DNA of 64,000 bases from Marinilabiliaceae bacterium. Its GTDB lineage: Bacteria; Bacteroidota; Bacteroidia; Bacteroidales; Marinilabiliaceae. Made by a program: the position numbers and the translations under genes. Where the stretch lies: NCBI GenBank assembly GCA_009777175.1, contig WRMI01000003.1, positions 242 to 64,241 on the forward strand, read 5' to 3'. How positions within the stretch are numbered: position 1 is the stretch's first letter; every line of letters starts with the position of its first letter. Under the pieces are notes generated by a model. It saw only the letters and a list, made by a program, of their open reading frames with translations, ran no database searches and was not told where the DNA came from. Of the stretch, positions 1 to 8,634 are shown piece by piece.

Positions 1-413
1 TTCTATCAAAAAAGAGAGTAGGAATTAATTTTAATGGTCATGGAAATTACAAATATCCAATAACAGATATTGAAAAAACCATTGTTGATTGTTTCGATTT
101 GCCACAATACAGTGGTGGTTTTGCGGAATTAATTAATGCTTTTTACAGCGCAAAGTTAAACGCTAAAAAATTAATTGATTATTGCAATACTGTAGACAAT
201 ATTGCTGTTATAAAGCGACTTGGATTTTTAGCAGAACTTTTTGAAAAAAAAAATCTAAATAATTTCGTGAAATTTGCCCGTTCAAAAGTCAATAGAAGTT
301 ATAATTTATTTGACACTTTCGGCGAAAATATAGGCGAAACAAACAGCAGTTGGTATTTACGAATGAATTTGTCGAAAGAAAACATTCTAAAAATTGTACA
401 AAATCAATATTGA
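1..413 (+). CDS. AbiEi-family (type IV TA) antitoxin, C-terminal part; 5' end outside window
   Basis: Frame 3 is stop-free from base 3 to TGA 411-413. The translated ...ITDIEKTIVDCFDLPQYSGGFAELINAF... resembles the AbiEi C-terminal domain. The stop lies 1 nt before the ATG of an AbiEii-type gene. Confidence 0.6.
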   Translation, partial: LSKKRVGINFNGHGNYKYPITDIEKTIVDCFDLPQYSGGFAELINAFYSAKLNAKKLIDYCNTVDNIAVIKRLGFLAELFEKKNLNNFVKFARSKVNRSYNLFDTFGENIGETNSSWYLRMNLSKENILKIVQNQY

Positions 414-414
414 C

Positions 415-1272
415 ATGATAAGCAAAAACGAAATAAACAGAATAGCAACGGAGCAAAAAGTTCGCACAACTACAATTGACAAAGATTGGGTTTTGGGACA
501 TTTTATTGACGCAATTTACACGGTATCAGAATGTCGAAATAGTCTAATTTTCAAAGGTGGAACTTGTTTAAAAAAGTGTCGCTTTCCTGATTACAGATTT
601 TCGGAAGACCTTGACTTTACAGCCACAAACGAAAATTTTGTGTTTGATATGAAAATGCTGAAAAAAATTGTTGAATTAGTAACAGAACGAACAGAAATGC
701 TTTTGTATATTCAATCAATTGAAAATTTGCAGTTTAACAATCAAAGAACAGGCTACAGTGCCAAAATAAAGTTTTGGGGAGCAGACCATAGTAAAAATCA
801 GCAACCACCCGAACCAAATCGTTGGCACACAAGCATAAAAATTGAGATAATTTTGTACGAAAAAATGATTTTTGAGCCAGAAAAGGCAACTGTTTTACAC
901 CCATATAGTGATAGACTTACCGAAAACGCACAAAATATTTTGATATACAATATTAACGAAATGCTTGCCGAAAAAATCAGAGCATTAATACAACGTTCTT
1001 ACACTGCACCAAGAGATTACTTTGATATTTGGTATTTGAGTAAAAATATTAAAAATATTGACTGGAAAGAAATTGTAAGAGGTTTTTATACAAAGATTGA
1101 GTACAAAAATCTGCATTTTTCAGGGATTGAGCAGTTAGTCAATGAAAACAACGACAAAATACTAAAATCCGCTTGGAAAAACAGCTTGGAACACCAAATA
1201 GTAAAAGGACAATTACCTGAATATGAAACAGTAAGAAATGATTTGAAAATTTTATTTGAGAACATTTTTTAA
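415..1272 (+). CDS. AbiEii/AbiGii-family nucleotidyltransferase toxin (DUF1814)
   Basis: ORF 394..1272 with first ATG at 415. The FKGGTCLKK ... RFSEDLDF motifs are typical of AbiEii nucleotidyltransferases. Confidence 0.8.
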   Translation: MISKNEINRIATEQKVRTTTIDKDWVLGHFIDAIYTVSECRNSLIFKGGTCLKKCRFPDYRFSEDLDFTATNENFVFDMKMLKKIVELVTERTEMLLYIQSIENLQFNNQRTGYSAKIKFWGADHSKNQQPPEPNRWHTSIKIEIILYEKMIFEPEKATVLHPYSDRLTENAQNILIYNINEMLAEKIRALIQRSYTAPRDYFDIWYLSKNIKNIDWKEIVRGFYTKIEYKNLHFSGIEQLVNENNDKILKSAWKNSLEHQIVKGQLPEYETVRNDLKILFENIF

Positions 1273-1345
1273 AACAAAGTAAAGATGCCTGCAACGAAGC
1301 TGTTTACCCCAGCGGTGGTGTAACCCCGCCGAAACTCTTTTACAC

Positions 1346-1604
1346 ATTCTCTCATTCACTCATTCACTCATTTTTCTACCAATATTTCATCCCTAACGGG
1401 ATGCATTTTTCATTTATTCACTCATTTTACCCTTATTAATTCACTCATTCACTCATTTTCTCATTCACTCATTTTCTCATTCACTCATTTTCTCATTCAC
1501 TCATTCCCTCATTTACACATTCACTCATTCACTCATTTACTCATTCACTAATTCACTCATTCACTAATTCACTAATTCACTAATTCACTGAAAACTGAAA
1601 ACTA
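1346..1604. repeat. Microsatellite array of 8-mers (ACTCATTC / ACTCATTT / ACTAATTC) ending in 7-mers (ACTGAAA)
   Basis: Read directly from the sequence. The array fills the gap between two convergent genes, and its last unit supplies CTA, the TAG stop of the minus-strand gene at 1602. Confidence 0.9.
1388..1411 (+). terminator. Hairpin CATCCC-TAAC-GGGATG followed by a T-run
   Basis: 6-bp stem with a TAAC tetraloop, then CATTTTTC. It lies downstream of the AbiEii stop and is embedded in the microsatellite array. Confidence 0.45.
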
Positions 1605-2117
1605 CTCCATCTCATCCAAATCAAATTTTCTCGACAATTTCGCAGGACTTCCACCATAAATGGTACTCGGAGGCACTTCGCAATTTACGAAACTATTTGG
1701 CATAATAAATGCGCAATCACCAATTTTAGCACCTGCAATTACTACTGTTCCGTGTCCAATAATAGAATCGTTTCCAATGATTATCGGCGCAGTCTTTATG
1801 GGATATTTTTTCAATAATTTAGGACTTCCATTCGGTCCTGTATCAGTAATCATGTGACAAAACGCACCGATGTTGCATCGTTCACCGATTTTCAGTTTGG
1901 ATGAGTATCCATTTAATATCGTAAAAGCACCTATTTCGGTATTGTTGCCCACTTCGAGAATATTATCTTCACTTCCGAATAATGTCGATTTGTTACCAAT
2001 TTTAACGTTGTCGCCCAACCTTACATTGTTAAAAGAGGCTGTTGTTGAAATAGATACGTTTTTTCCAAGCTCTATATTTGAAACTATCATAATTCTAAAT
2101 ATTGGTAACTTATTCAA
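1602..2117 (-). CDS. Left-handed beta-helix (hexapeptide-repeat) acyltransferase
   Basis: Repeated [LIV]-G-x4 hexapeptide pattern (IGNKSTLFG, IGAFTILNG, IGERCNIGA, IIGNDSIIGHGTVV). Confidence 0.75.
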   Translation of the reverse strand: MNKLPIFRIMIVSNIELGKNVSISTTASFNNVRLGDNVKIGNKSTLFGSEDNILEVGNNTEIGAFTILNGYSSKLKIGERCNIGAFCHMITDTGPNGSPKLLKKYPIKTAPIIIGNDSIIGHGTVVIAGAKIGDCAFIMPNSFVNCEVPPSTIYGGSPAKLSRKFDLDEME

Positions 2118-2598
2118 AATCTTTTGGGCTTATATTCCTTACTAATTTAGCGGGATTTCCGCCATAAATAGAATAATCCGGAACATCCCTGTCTACATAA
2201 CTATTTGCGGCAATAATAGAGCAACGACCGATTGTTACGCCCGGCGCTATTATACAACTTGACCCAATCCATGTATTTTCTTTTATTTTAATAGGTGCCT
2301 CACGATAACGAAATAACTTATATAACTTGGAACTTTCTGAAACGTTCCAATGCGAAATAATAACATTTTGTTGGGCTATTGTTACATTATTTTCAAGAAT
2401 TATATCAGCCTGCGAAGCGTCAATAATCGAATACATACAAACAATTGAGCCGCTGCCAATTTTTACTTTATGGTTTTCACTTCCAATAACAGTACATTCT
2501 TTTGCTATTTTTATATTATCACCAAATTCAACGTTGTTGTACTCTGTTGAGGGGTGTATGATAACATTTTGTCCAATTTTAAGGTTTATTGCACTCAT
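2110..2598 (-). CDS. Hexapeptide-repeat acetyltransferase (second copy)
   Basis: Hexapeptide repeats and the C-terminal WIGSSCIIAPGVTIG...YGGNPAK motif. Overlaps both neighbours by 8 nt and 4 nt. Confidence 0.75.
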   Translation of the reverse strand: MSAINLKIGQNVIIHPSTEYNNVEFGDNIKIAKECTVIGSENHKVKIGSGSIVCMYSIIDASQADIILENNVTIAQQNVIISHWNVSESSKLYKLFRYREAPIKIKENTWIGSSCIIAPGVTIGRCSIIAANSYVDRDVPDYSIYGGNPAKLVRNISPKDFE

Positions 2599-3521
2599 TT
2601 TAAAAAGTTTTTGATTAAAGTAATAATATAGTCAACATGATTTTCGGTCATTTTTTGGTGACAAGGAAAATAAAAGGCTTCTTCACCATAAAACACGCTG
2701 CATTCCACACCATTATTTTGCATAAATTGTTTCAATTTAGGATAGTCAATATTTCTTCCTTCTTTTGCGTAAAAGAGGTATGCACCCGGCACTTCGGAAG
2801 TTTTTGGTATAAAACGAGGCAGTAATTTAAGTGGCAACATTTTTTCACGTATATAATTGAAAATGTACAATCTCATACTCCTAATGTAGTCTTCTTCATC
2901 ATTATAACACGTAAAACAGGTTTTGTAATATTCCACTTCCTTTATGGATAAATCTTTTTGAAAAATTATGCCTTTTTTTGCATAAAGCAAGCCTCCTGAC
3001 TGCATTGGAAACATTTTCGCCATACTGAGAATTATATAATCTCCAAAGAAATTATTTTTATCATCATTGTAAAATGAATACATACTGTATGCTTTGTCCT
3101 CAATAATGGGTAGATTGTGTTCTTTTAATTGAGCAATATCCTCATAAAGAAATCCAAATTCGTGGTTGACAAGAATAACAGCAGTTTTTTCGGTTTTTTG
3201 GCGACTCCATTTGCAAAACATTTCTATTGTTCGAGTAACACAACTGCTAATATATTTGTTGCCCGACGTAGTGATAATCCAAACTTCATCATCAGGCTTC
3301 AGTTGCAAGTCGTTCAAAGATAATTCTAATGCTTTTGTCGCACTCTCAGTGATTGAAAAAAACCTTTCATAAAACTCAACTACTGGGTCATTATCAACAT
3401 TATAAACACCAGACAATAACTCTTTGTTAACAAATGCGTCATTGGTTTCAAATGGGGACATATAAATAGTTCCCTTTCTAAAATCCTGAGGATTAATTAT
3501 ATAGCCATCTTTATATTCCAC
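2595..3521 (-). CDS. Divergent DegT/DnrJ/EryC1/StrS-like PLP aminotransferase (tentative)
   Basis: The segments ...DDEVWIITTSGN..., ...IIEDKAYS... and ...LSMAKMFPMQSGGLL... resemble the sugar-aminotransferase layout including the Schiff-base lysine. At 308 aa it is shorter than typical members. Confidence 0.45.
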   Translation of the reverse strand: MEYKDGYIINPQDFRKGTIYMSPFETNDAFVNKELLSGVYNVDNDPVVEFYERFFSITESATKALELSLNDLQLKPDDEVWIITTSGNKYISSCVTRTIEMFCKWSRQKTEKTAVILVNHEFGFLYEDIAQLKEHNLPIIEDKAYSMYSFYNDDKNNFFGDYIILSMAKMFPMQSGGLLYAKKGIIFQKDLSIKEVEYYKTCFTCYNDEEDYIRSMRLYIFNYIREKMLPLKLLPRFIPKTSEVPGAYLFYAKEGRNIDYPKLKQFMQNNGVECSVFYGEEAFYFPCHQKMTENHVDYIITLIKNFLK

Positions 3522-3951
3522 GATATTTTAAATATTCTTCATACGACCTAATGTAATCATTTTCGTTGTATGGGTGTGATGTCATCACTAAACATATCGA
3601 GCCTGATGAAAAGTTTTGCTCGTGCGCCCAAATTCCCGGTGGAATATGCAATCCCATAAAGGGTTGGTTAAGAAAAAGCGTTTTTTTAAATTTCCCATCT
3701 TCAACCATCACTTCAAAACTTCCTCCTGCGGCAATTAAGAACTGATGACACTCCATGTGTGCATGTGCGCCTCTGTCTCTACCGGCGGGAATATCATAAA
3801 GATAAAAGACCCTTTTAATTTCAAAAGGTATATCAAACCCGTTTTGAATTGTAGAAATATTTCCCGAAACAGCACTTATCTGCGGAAGGGTATAAATATG
3901 ACAGTCAAAAACGGTGGGCAGTGTAGGTTTACATTTTTCTATATTGTTCAT
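3511..3951 (-). CDS. FdtA/WxcM-like sugar 3,4-ketoisomerase (cupin)
   Basis: IPFEIKRVFYLYDIPAGRDRGAHAH motif. Confidence 0.75.
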   Translation of the reverse strand: MNNIEKCKPTLPTVFDCHIYTLPQISAVSGNISTIQNGFDIPFEIKRVFYLYDIPAGRDRGAHAHMECHQFLIAAGGSFEVMVEDGKFKKTLFLNQPFMGLHIPPGIWAHEQNFSSGSICLVMTSHPYNENDYIRSYEEYLKYRGI

Positions 3952-4318
3952 AATCTCTAATATAATCGTTTTCAGAAAAATTTTCAGAACTAATATGTAA
4001 TGAAAGAGAATTTGTACTAAAATTTTCAGTATGTCTCCACGTTAACGCTGGAAGGTATAATCCTTTATATGAACGATTTAGGTGATAAACTTTTTTTGCG
4101 CCTGATTTATCGGTAATCACAACATCAAAACTTCCGGATAGAGCAATAATTATTTCTTGTTGTGTTTTAAAAGCGTGTCCGCCGCGTGTTTCGCCACCGG
4201 GTACGTCATAAGTCCAAAAAACCCGCTTTATTTCAAACGGAATTTGGCTAAGATTTTCGAGGAAGGTTAAATTTCCTCGCGTATCTAATATTTTGGGTAG
4301 GTCAATTAGTTTTTCCAT
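3929..4318 (-). CDS. FdtA/WxcM-like sugar 3,4-ketoisomerase (cupin), tandem paralog
   Basis: IPFEIKRVFWTYDVPGGETRGGHAF motif. First gene of the overlapping five-gene operon. Confidence 0.75.
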   Translation of the reverse strand: MEKLIDLPKILDTRGNLTFLENLSQIPFEIKRVFWTYDVPGGETRGGHAFKTQQEIIIALSGSFDVVITDKSGAKKVYHLNRSYKGLYLPALTWRHTENFSTNSLSLHISSENFSENDYIRDYEQYRKM

Positions 4319-4407
4319 TATGTTTTTAAAATATTTTGACTCTCAATAGTCTGATTTATAAAATTTTATCTCAATTATTTTTGAAAAATTTATATGCTTT
4401 TGGAATA

Positions 4408-4415
4408 CAAAATTA
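4408..4415 (-). promoter_or_regulatory. Bacteroidota -7 box TAATTTTG (TAnnTTTG) for the sugar operon
   Basis: The plus strand reads CAAAATTA, about 90 nt upstream of the start at 4318. Confidence 0.35.
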
Positions 4416-4660
4416 AATGAAATATTGGAATTACAAGCTATTGTAAAGAAAAAATATTTTTTACGTGGCAAAAAAAATCTAACCTTTATAAAGATAGAAC
4501 CAATGTAAGCTATTTAGCAATAGTTTTTATTGAAAAAAGAAAAAATATTGGAGTGAGGAATTTTATTAACTACATGCTTAAGTTTGCAATTATTTGTGAA
4601 TAATGCAGATTTGGTTTACACCGTTCAATAGTTCTGAAGCTGTAGAAAATATTAAACTAA

Positions 4661-4692
4661 GACGGGGAATTCCAAAATTGAAATTCCCCGTC
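4661..4692 (-). terminator. 11-bp hairpin GACGGGGAATT/AATTCCCCGTC downstream of gdhA
   Basis: Perfect inverted repeat with a 10-nt loop, 60 nt past the gdhA stop. Confidence 0.55.
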
Positions 4693-4751
4693 TCTGAATA
4701 AAAAATCTAAAAATTACACAGAAAAAATGAGTATTATTTAATTTCGTAAAA

Positions 4752-6089
4752 TTAAACAACTCCTTGTGCTATCATTGCTTCAGCAACTTTTACAAAACCA
4801 CCAATGTTTGCTCCTTTGATGTAGTTTACTTTTCCGTTAGGTTCGGAACCCCATTTGACGCAAGTAGCATGAATGTTAGTCATGATTTGGTTAAGTTTTT
4901 CGTCAACTTCTTCGGTTGTCCAATTTAATCTCATGCTGTTTTGAGTCATTTCGAGTCCGGAAACTGAAACTCCGCCCGCATTAGCTGCTTTACCGGGTGC
5001 AAAGACCATATTTTCGGTAGCGAAAGTAGCGGCATCTGCTGTAAGTCCCATGTTGGAGGCTTCAACAATCATTTGACAACCATTTTCATAAAGTTTTTTG
5101 CAATCATCGAGATTCAGTTCATTCTGAATAGCGCATGGAATCGCAATATCAACTTTTACTTCCCACGGTTTTCTTTTTGGAAAGAATGGGACGTTGAACT
5201 TTTTGGAATATGGTTCTACAATGTCATTGTTAGATGATCTAAGTTCGACCATATAATCAATTTTTTCGTTGTTGAGACCGTTTTCGTCATAGATGTATCC
5301 ATCTGGGCCTGAAATTGTAACAACTTTTGCGCCAAGTTCAGTTGCTTTAAGCGCGGCACCCCAAGAAACATTTCCGAAACCAGACAATGCGACGGTCATA
5401 CCTTTCATATTTTTACCTTTAAGAGCGAGCATTTCGCGGAGGAAATATATTGCTCCGAAACCGGTTGCTTCGGGTCTAATAAGACTTCCACCATATTCGC
5501 GTCCTTTTCCGGTAAAAACCCCGGTAAATTCATTAACTAACTTTTTGTACATTCCGTACATAAAACCAATTTCGCGTGCGCCTACACCGATATCACCTGC
5601 TGGGACATCAGTGTTTGGACCGATGTGTCGAAAAAGTTCACACATAAATGCGTGACAAAAACGCATCATTTCATTTTCTGACTTTCCTTTTGGGTTGAAA
5701 TCAGACCCACCTTTTCCGCCGCCCATTGGCAAAGACGTAAGGCTGTTCTTGAATGTCTGCTCGAACCCTAGAAACTTAAGACCACTAAGAGTAACACTCG
5801 GATGAAAACGAATTCCGCCTTTATAGGGTCCAATTGCGGAATTAAATTGAACTCTGTAACCGCGGTTTACTTGTATTTCTCCTTTGTCGTCTATCCAGGG
5901 TACCCTGAAAATGACACACCGTTCGGGTTCTATCATACGTTCTAAAATTTTGTATTTTTTGTAACGCTCGTTCGACTGATAAAAGTCCCAAACGGTTTCT
6001 ACTACTTCCTGGGCGGCTTGTAAAAATTCATCCTCGCCCGGATTTTTTGCCTTTACGGCATCCATAAATTCTTTCAATTTATTATCCAT
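4752..6089 (-). CDS. gdhA: NADP-specific glutamate dehydrogenase
   Basis: 445 aa with the KGGIRFHP and LPMGGGKGGSDF motifs and a full-length GDH layout. Confidence 0.95.
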   Translation of the reverse strand: MDNKLKEFMDAVKAKNPGEDEFLQAAQEVVETVWDFYQSNERYKKYKILERMIEPERCVIFRVPWIDDKGEIQVNRGYRVQFNSAIGPYKGGIRFHPSVTLSGLKFLGFEQTFKNSLTSLPMGGGKGGSDFNPKGKSENEMMRFCHAFMCELFRHIGPNTDVPAGDIGVGAREIGFMYGMYKKLVNEFTGVFTGKGREYGGSLIRPEATGFGAIYFLREMLALKGKNMKGMTVALSGFGNVSWGAALKATELGAKVVTISGPDGYIYDENGLNNEKIDYMVELRSSNNDIVEPYSKKFNVPFFPKRKPWEVKVDIAIPCAIQNELNLDDCKKLYENGCQMIVEASNMGLTADAATFATENMVFAPGKAANAGGVSVSGLEMTQNSMRLNWTTEEVDEKLNQIMTNIHATCVKWGSEPNGKVNYIKGANIGGFVKVAEAMIAQGVV

Positions 6090-6188
6090 GCTAAAAAAAT
6101 TAGATTTAAATAAAGTGACAAAAGTAATACTTTTTTTTTATTTGATACAATTTTTTGAAAAAAAAAATGTTATTTCAAAAAATATTTA

Positions 6189-6196
6189 TAATTTTG
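6189..6196 (+). promoter_or_regulatory. -7 box TAATTTTG upstream of gcvH
   Basis: TAnnTTTG match 33 nt before the ATG at 6229. Confidence 0.4.
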
Positions 6197-6228
6197 CAAA
6201 TTATTTATTTATAAAATTTAAAATAATA

Positions 6229-6606
6229 ATGAACATACCAGAAAATTTAAAATACACAAAAGACCACGAATGGTTAGGTTTAGATGGTAATGTTGCTACG
6301 GTTGGAATAACCGATTTTGCTCAAAGCGAACTTGGCGACATCGTTTTTGTTGAAATTGAAACCGAAGGTGAAGACATTGAGCGTGAAGAAGTTTTTGGAA
6401 CTATTGAAGCTGTAAAAACTGTTTCAGACCTCTACATGCCCCTCTCGGGAAAAGTTATTGAAGTTAATGTTGATTTAACCGAACAACCCGACTTAGTCAA
6501 TAAAGACCCTTATGGAAAAGGTTGGATGGTTAAGGTGGAAATCTCGAACCCCGAAGAAATTGACGTATTGCTATCTGATAAGCAATACAAAGATTTTATC
6601 GGTTGA
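6229..6606 (+). CDS. gcvH: Glycine cleavage system protein H
   Basis: Internal ATG at 6229 gives MNIPENLKYTKDHEWL... with the lipoyl-lysine motif EAVKTVSD. The upstream part of ORF 6088.. is AT-rich leader. Confidence 0.93.
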   Translation: MNIPENLKYTKDHEWLGLDGNVATVGITDFAQSELGDIVFVEIETEGEDIEREEVFGTIEAVKTVSDLYMPLSGKVIEVNVDLTEQPDLVNKDPYGKGWMVKVEISNPEEIDVLLSDKQYKDFIG

Positions 6607-6710
6607 GATAATCCCTTTGGAGGTTTGATTTTTTGTAACACGAAAAAAAACTAATTTTTAATTTTTTCGATAAAAATTGCGTTAGATTTTTTTTATTCAA
6701 AAAATGCATC

Positions 6711-6718
6711 TATTTTTG
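6711..6718 (+). promoter_or_regulatory. -7 box TATTTTTG for the tRNA-Gly/tRNA-Leu unit
   Basis: TAnnTTTG match 11 nt before the tRNA 5' end. Confidence 0.5.
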
Positions 6719-6728
6719 CGGCGCAAAT

Positions 6729-6801
<73 letters not shown>

Positions 6802-6830
6802 CACAAATGATTTTTTCGTGTATAATGGTT

Positions 6831-6914
6831 GCCCGGATGGTGGAATTGGTAGACACACCAGCTTGAGGGGCTGGCGCCGGTTACGGTGTGCAAGTTCGAA
6901 TCTTGTTCCGGGCA
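6831..6914 (+). tRNA. tRNA-Leu (GAG), long variable arm
   Basis: Acceptor GCCCGGA/TCCGGGC, anticodon loop TTGAGGG, long variable arm, T-loop TTCGAAT. Confidence 0.9.
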
Positions 6915-6920
6915 CAAATA

Positions 6921-6961
6921 AAAATGCTAACCTGCTAAAAATCAAAGGTTAGCATTTTTTC
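6921..6961 (+). terminator. Intrinsic terminator after tRNA-Leu
   Basis: 9-bp stem ATGCTAACC/GGTTAGCAT flanked by an A-run and a T-run. Confidence 0.7.
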
Positions 6962-7035
6962 ATTGGGGGTTTTTTGCCGATTTAGTCAAAAATTTTACTT
7001 TTTTCTTGATTTTTTACCTAATTTAAAAAACAGAA

Positions 7036-7092
7036 AACCACAAAGAACGCAAAGGGTTTGGTTATTGAATTTATTGAAAGACACAAAGGATA
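7036..7092. repeat. Partial CACAAAG-type element (family R1)
   Basis: Reads ACCACAAAGAACGCAAAGGG...GGTTATTGAATTTATTGAAAGACACAAAGG. It shares the CACAAAG and ATTCAATAAC motifs with the copies at 13855, 35521 and 45994. Confidence 0.5.
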
Positions 7093-7109
7093 GTTTTTTT
7101 TTCCACAAA

Positions 7110-8222
7110 TTACACGAATTTGCAAAAAATATGACCTATAAAATTTTTTGAGAGGTCATATATTCTTTTTATTGAAAATTTTCGTTTTCCTTTGCCGTTG
7201 TCTGTTATTGTATTAATGATAAATATTATTTTGTTTTTTATACCTTTGGTATTAGCAAGTCGTTCTAATGCAATGCCGTAGCCATATTCAGTTTTTTTAT
7301 TTCGGTCTGAAATATGAAGCAAATTTATCATTTTTTTAATTTCTTTTGTCTCTTTTTTTGATATTGAAACTGATAATGTAGTTTTAGGAGATAAAACGGT
7401 AAAAAAAGTGAGCATTTTTCTGATTGGTTTTTCGATTTTCCAAATTTTAGCCTGATTTTCAACTGTTTCGAGGGTTATTTCATTGTCAAACTTGCTTAAC
7501 AACTCTTTTATATCATAAAACCAACTTAACCTCAACCCGCCTTGTCGGCAAGAATAATAGATATGAAGTAACTGATATATAATTTGATATGTCGGATTAA
7601 TAGAAGAGGCATTAAAATCAGGCAACTCAATTGCTGATTGCCATATTTCATCAATTGGAATTTGATATTTTACGTCGGAAGGAAAGAGAAAGCGATGTAA
7701 TTCTACGCTAATTCCTTTATAATTAAACAAAGGTAAATGATGTATTGTTTTAATATCATTCAGTTTTAGTTCAATCTCTTTGGGGTTTAATAATTTCCAA
7801 GCCTCAAAAACAGATTTTATAGGTAATAAAATATCTAAATCGCTCATGGGTCGTAAAGCGATATCGTCATATACATTAGTAATCAATGAAATACCTTTTA
7901 ATAAAATTACAGGTATCTCTTTTTGGGACAATTTTTCAATAATTTGTGCAACAATTAATTGAATACCCGCATTTTTTCCTAAGTTGTATAAATAGTTATC
8001 TTTAAGTTGTTTTTGCGCCTCTTTTGATAACTGTTTCGAACCGTCATTTATATATAACAATTGTGCTAATCCGTTTTTGACAGCAATAGATAGTAAGGCT
8101 TTTTCGTCAATTATTGCGGTGTCTAACAATAATTTTTCTTCGCGGAAAAGTAATTTTATTAAAAAATTTTCTTCTGGAGAAAAATATGTCATAAGATTAC
8201 CATTCTTGTTATCAAAAAACAT
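7110..8222 (-). CDS. Uncharacterised nucleotidyltransferase family protein (PF14907/NTP_transf_5-like)
   Basis: The ILLKGISLITNVYDDIALRPMSDLDILLP motif matches the KG...RPMSD[IL]D signature of that family. Confidence 0.65.
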   Translation of the reverse strand: MFFDNKNGNLMTYFSPEENFLIKLLFREEKLLLDTAIIDEKALLSIAVKNGLAQLLYINDGSKQLSKEAQKQLKDNYLYNLGKNAGIQLIVAQIIEKLSQKEIPVILLKGISLITNVYDDIALRPMSDLDILLPIKSVFEAWKLLNPKEIELKLNDIKTIHHLPLFNYKGISVELHRFLFPSDVKYQIPIDEIWQSAIELPDFNASSINPTYQIIYQLLHIYYSCRQGGLRLSWFYDIKELLSKFDNEITLETVENQAKIWKIEKPIRKMLTFFTVLSPKTTLSVSISKKETKEIKKMINLLHISDRNKKTEYGYGIALERLANTKGIKNKIIFIINTITDNGKGKRKFSIKRIYDLSKNFIGHIFCKFV

Positions 8223-8634
8223 TGTCTTCTCTATTTTTGTTTTTTCTTAAAAAGACACCAGCTGCAGCAACTAATGTTACACCTCCAAGTATTGAACCTT
8301 CAAGAGATAATCCATTTATAGCAAGTACAACGGATGCAATTCCACCGCCAACAATAATTGAATATGCCAAAAACATAGCAAGTATATTGGCGACAAAAAC
8401 TCTTTTCCCTTTTCTGCAAAACTCATCTAACCGTTTGTTGTTAAACGCTATCCGAGAGTCTTGCTCTTTTTCGGCACGTTCTTTTAGCCACTCTAACAAA
8501 TCTCTGTCAATAGCCACAAAACGCTCTAATTCATCAGCAACGGGTAACAAGCTGTTATCTTGTACCGCACTTTCTTCAGCCTGTAGCAAGCCATCCGAAA
8601 CACTTATTTTAGTTTGTCTTCCTTGCTTGCTCAT
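8212..8634 (-). CDS. Small membrane protein, DUF2335-like (helical N-terminal part plus 2 TM helices)
   Basis: ELERFVAIDRDLLEWLKERAEKEQDSR is followed by two hydrophobic helices. It overlaps the downstream NTase gene by 11 nt. The antisense ORF 8222..8650 is low-complexity and was rejected. Confidence 0.45.
   Translation of the reverse strand: MSKQGRQTKISVSDGLLQAEESAVQDNSLLPVADELERFVAIDRDLLEWLKERAEKEQDSRIAFNNKRLDEFCRKGKRVFVANILAMFLAYSIIVGGGIASVVLAINGLSLEGSILGGVTLVAAAGVFLRKNKNREDNVF

Noticed and set aside
1346-1604. Possible CRISPR array, because of regularly repeated short units.
   Set aside because: The units are 7-8 nt and directly tandem, with no unique spacers and no repeat of CRISPR length. 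There are no cas genes in the window.
5293-5655. Numerous 60-140-aa ORFs antisense to or nested in long genes, for example 5293..5655, 10675..10923, 14876..15292, 18150..18446, 22229..22531, 29737..30105, 50188..50583 and 61292..61603.
   Set aside because: Each lies wholly inside a longer ORF with clear family motifs on the other strand or frame, and none shows protein-like motifs of its own.
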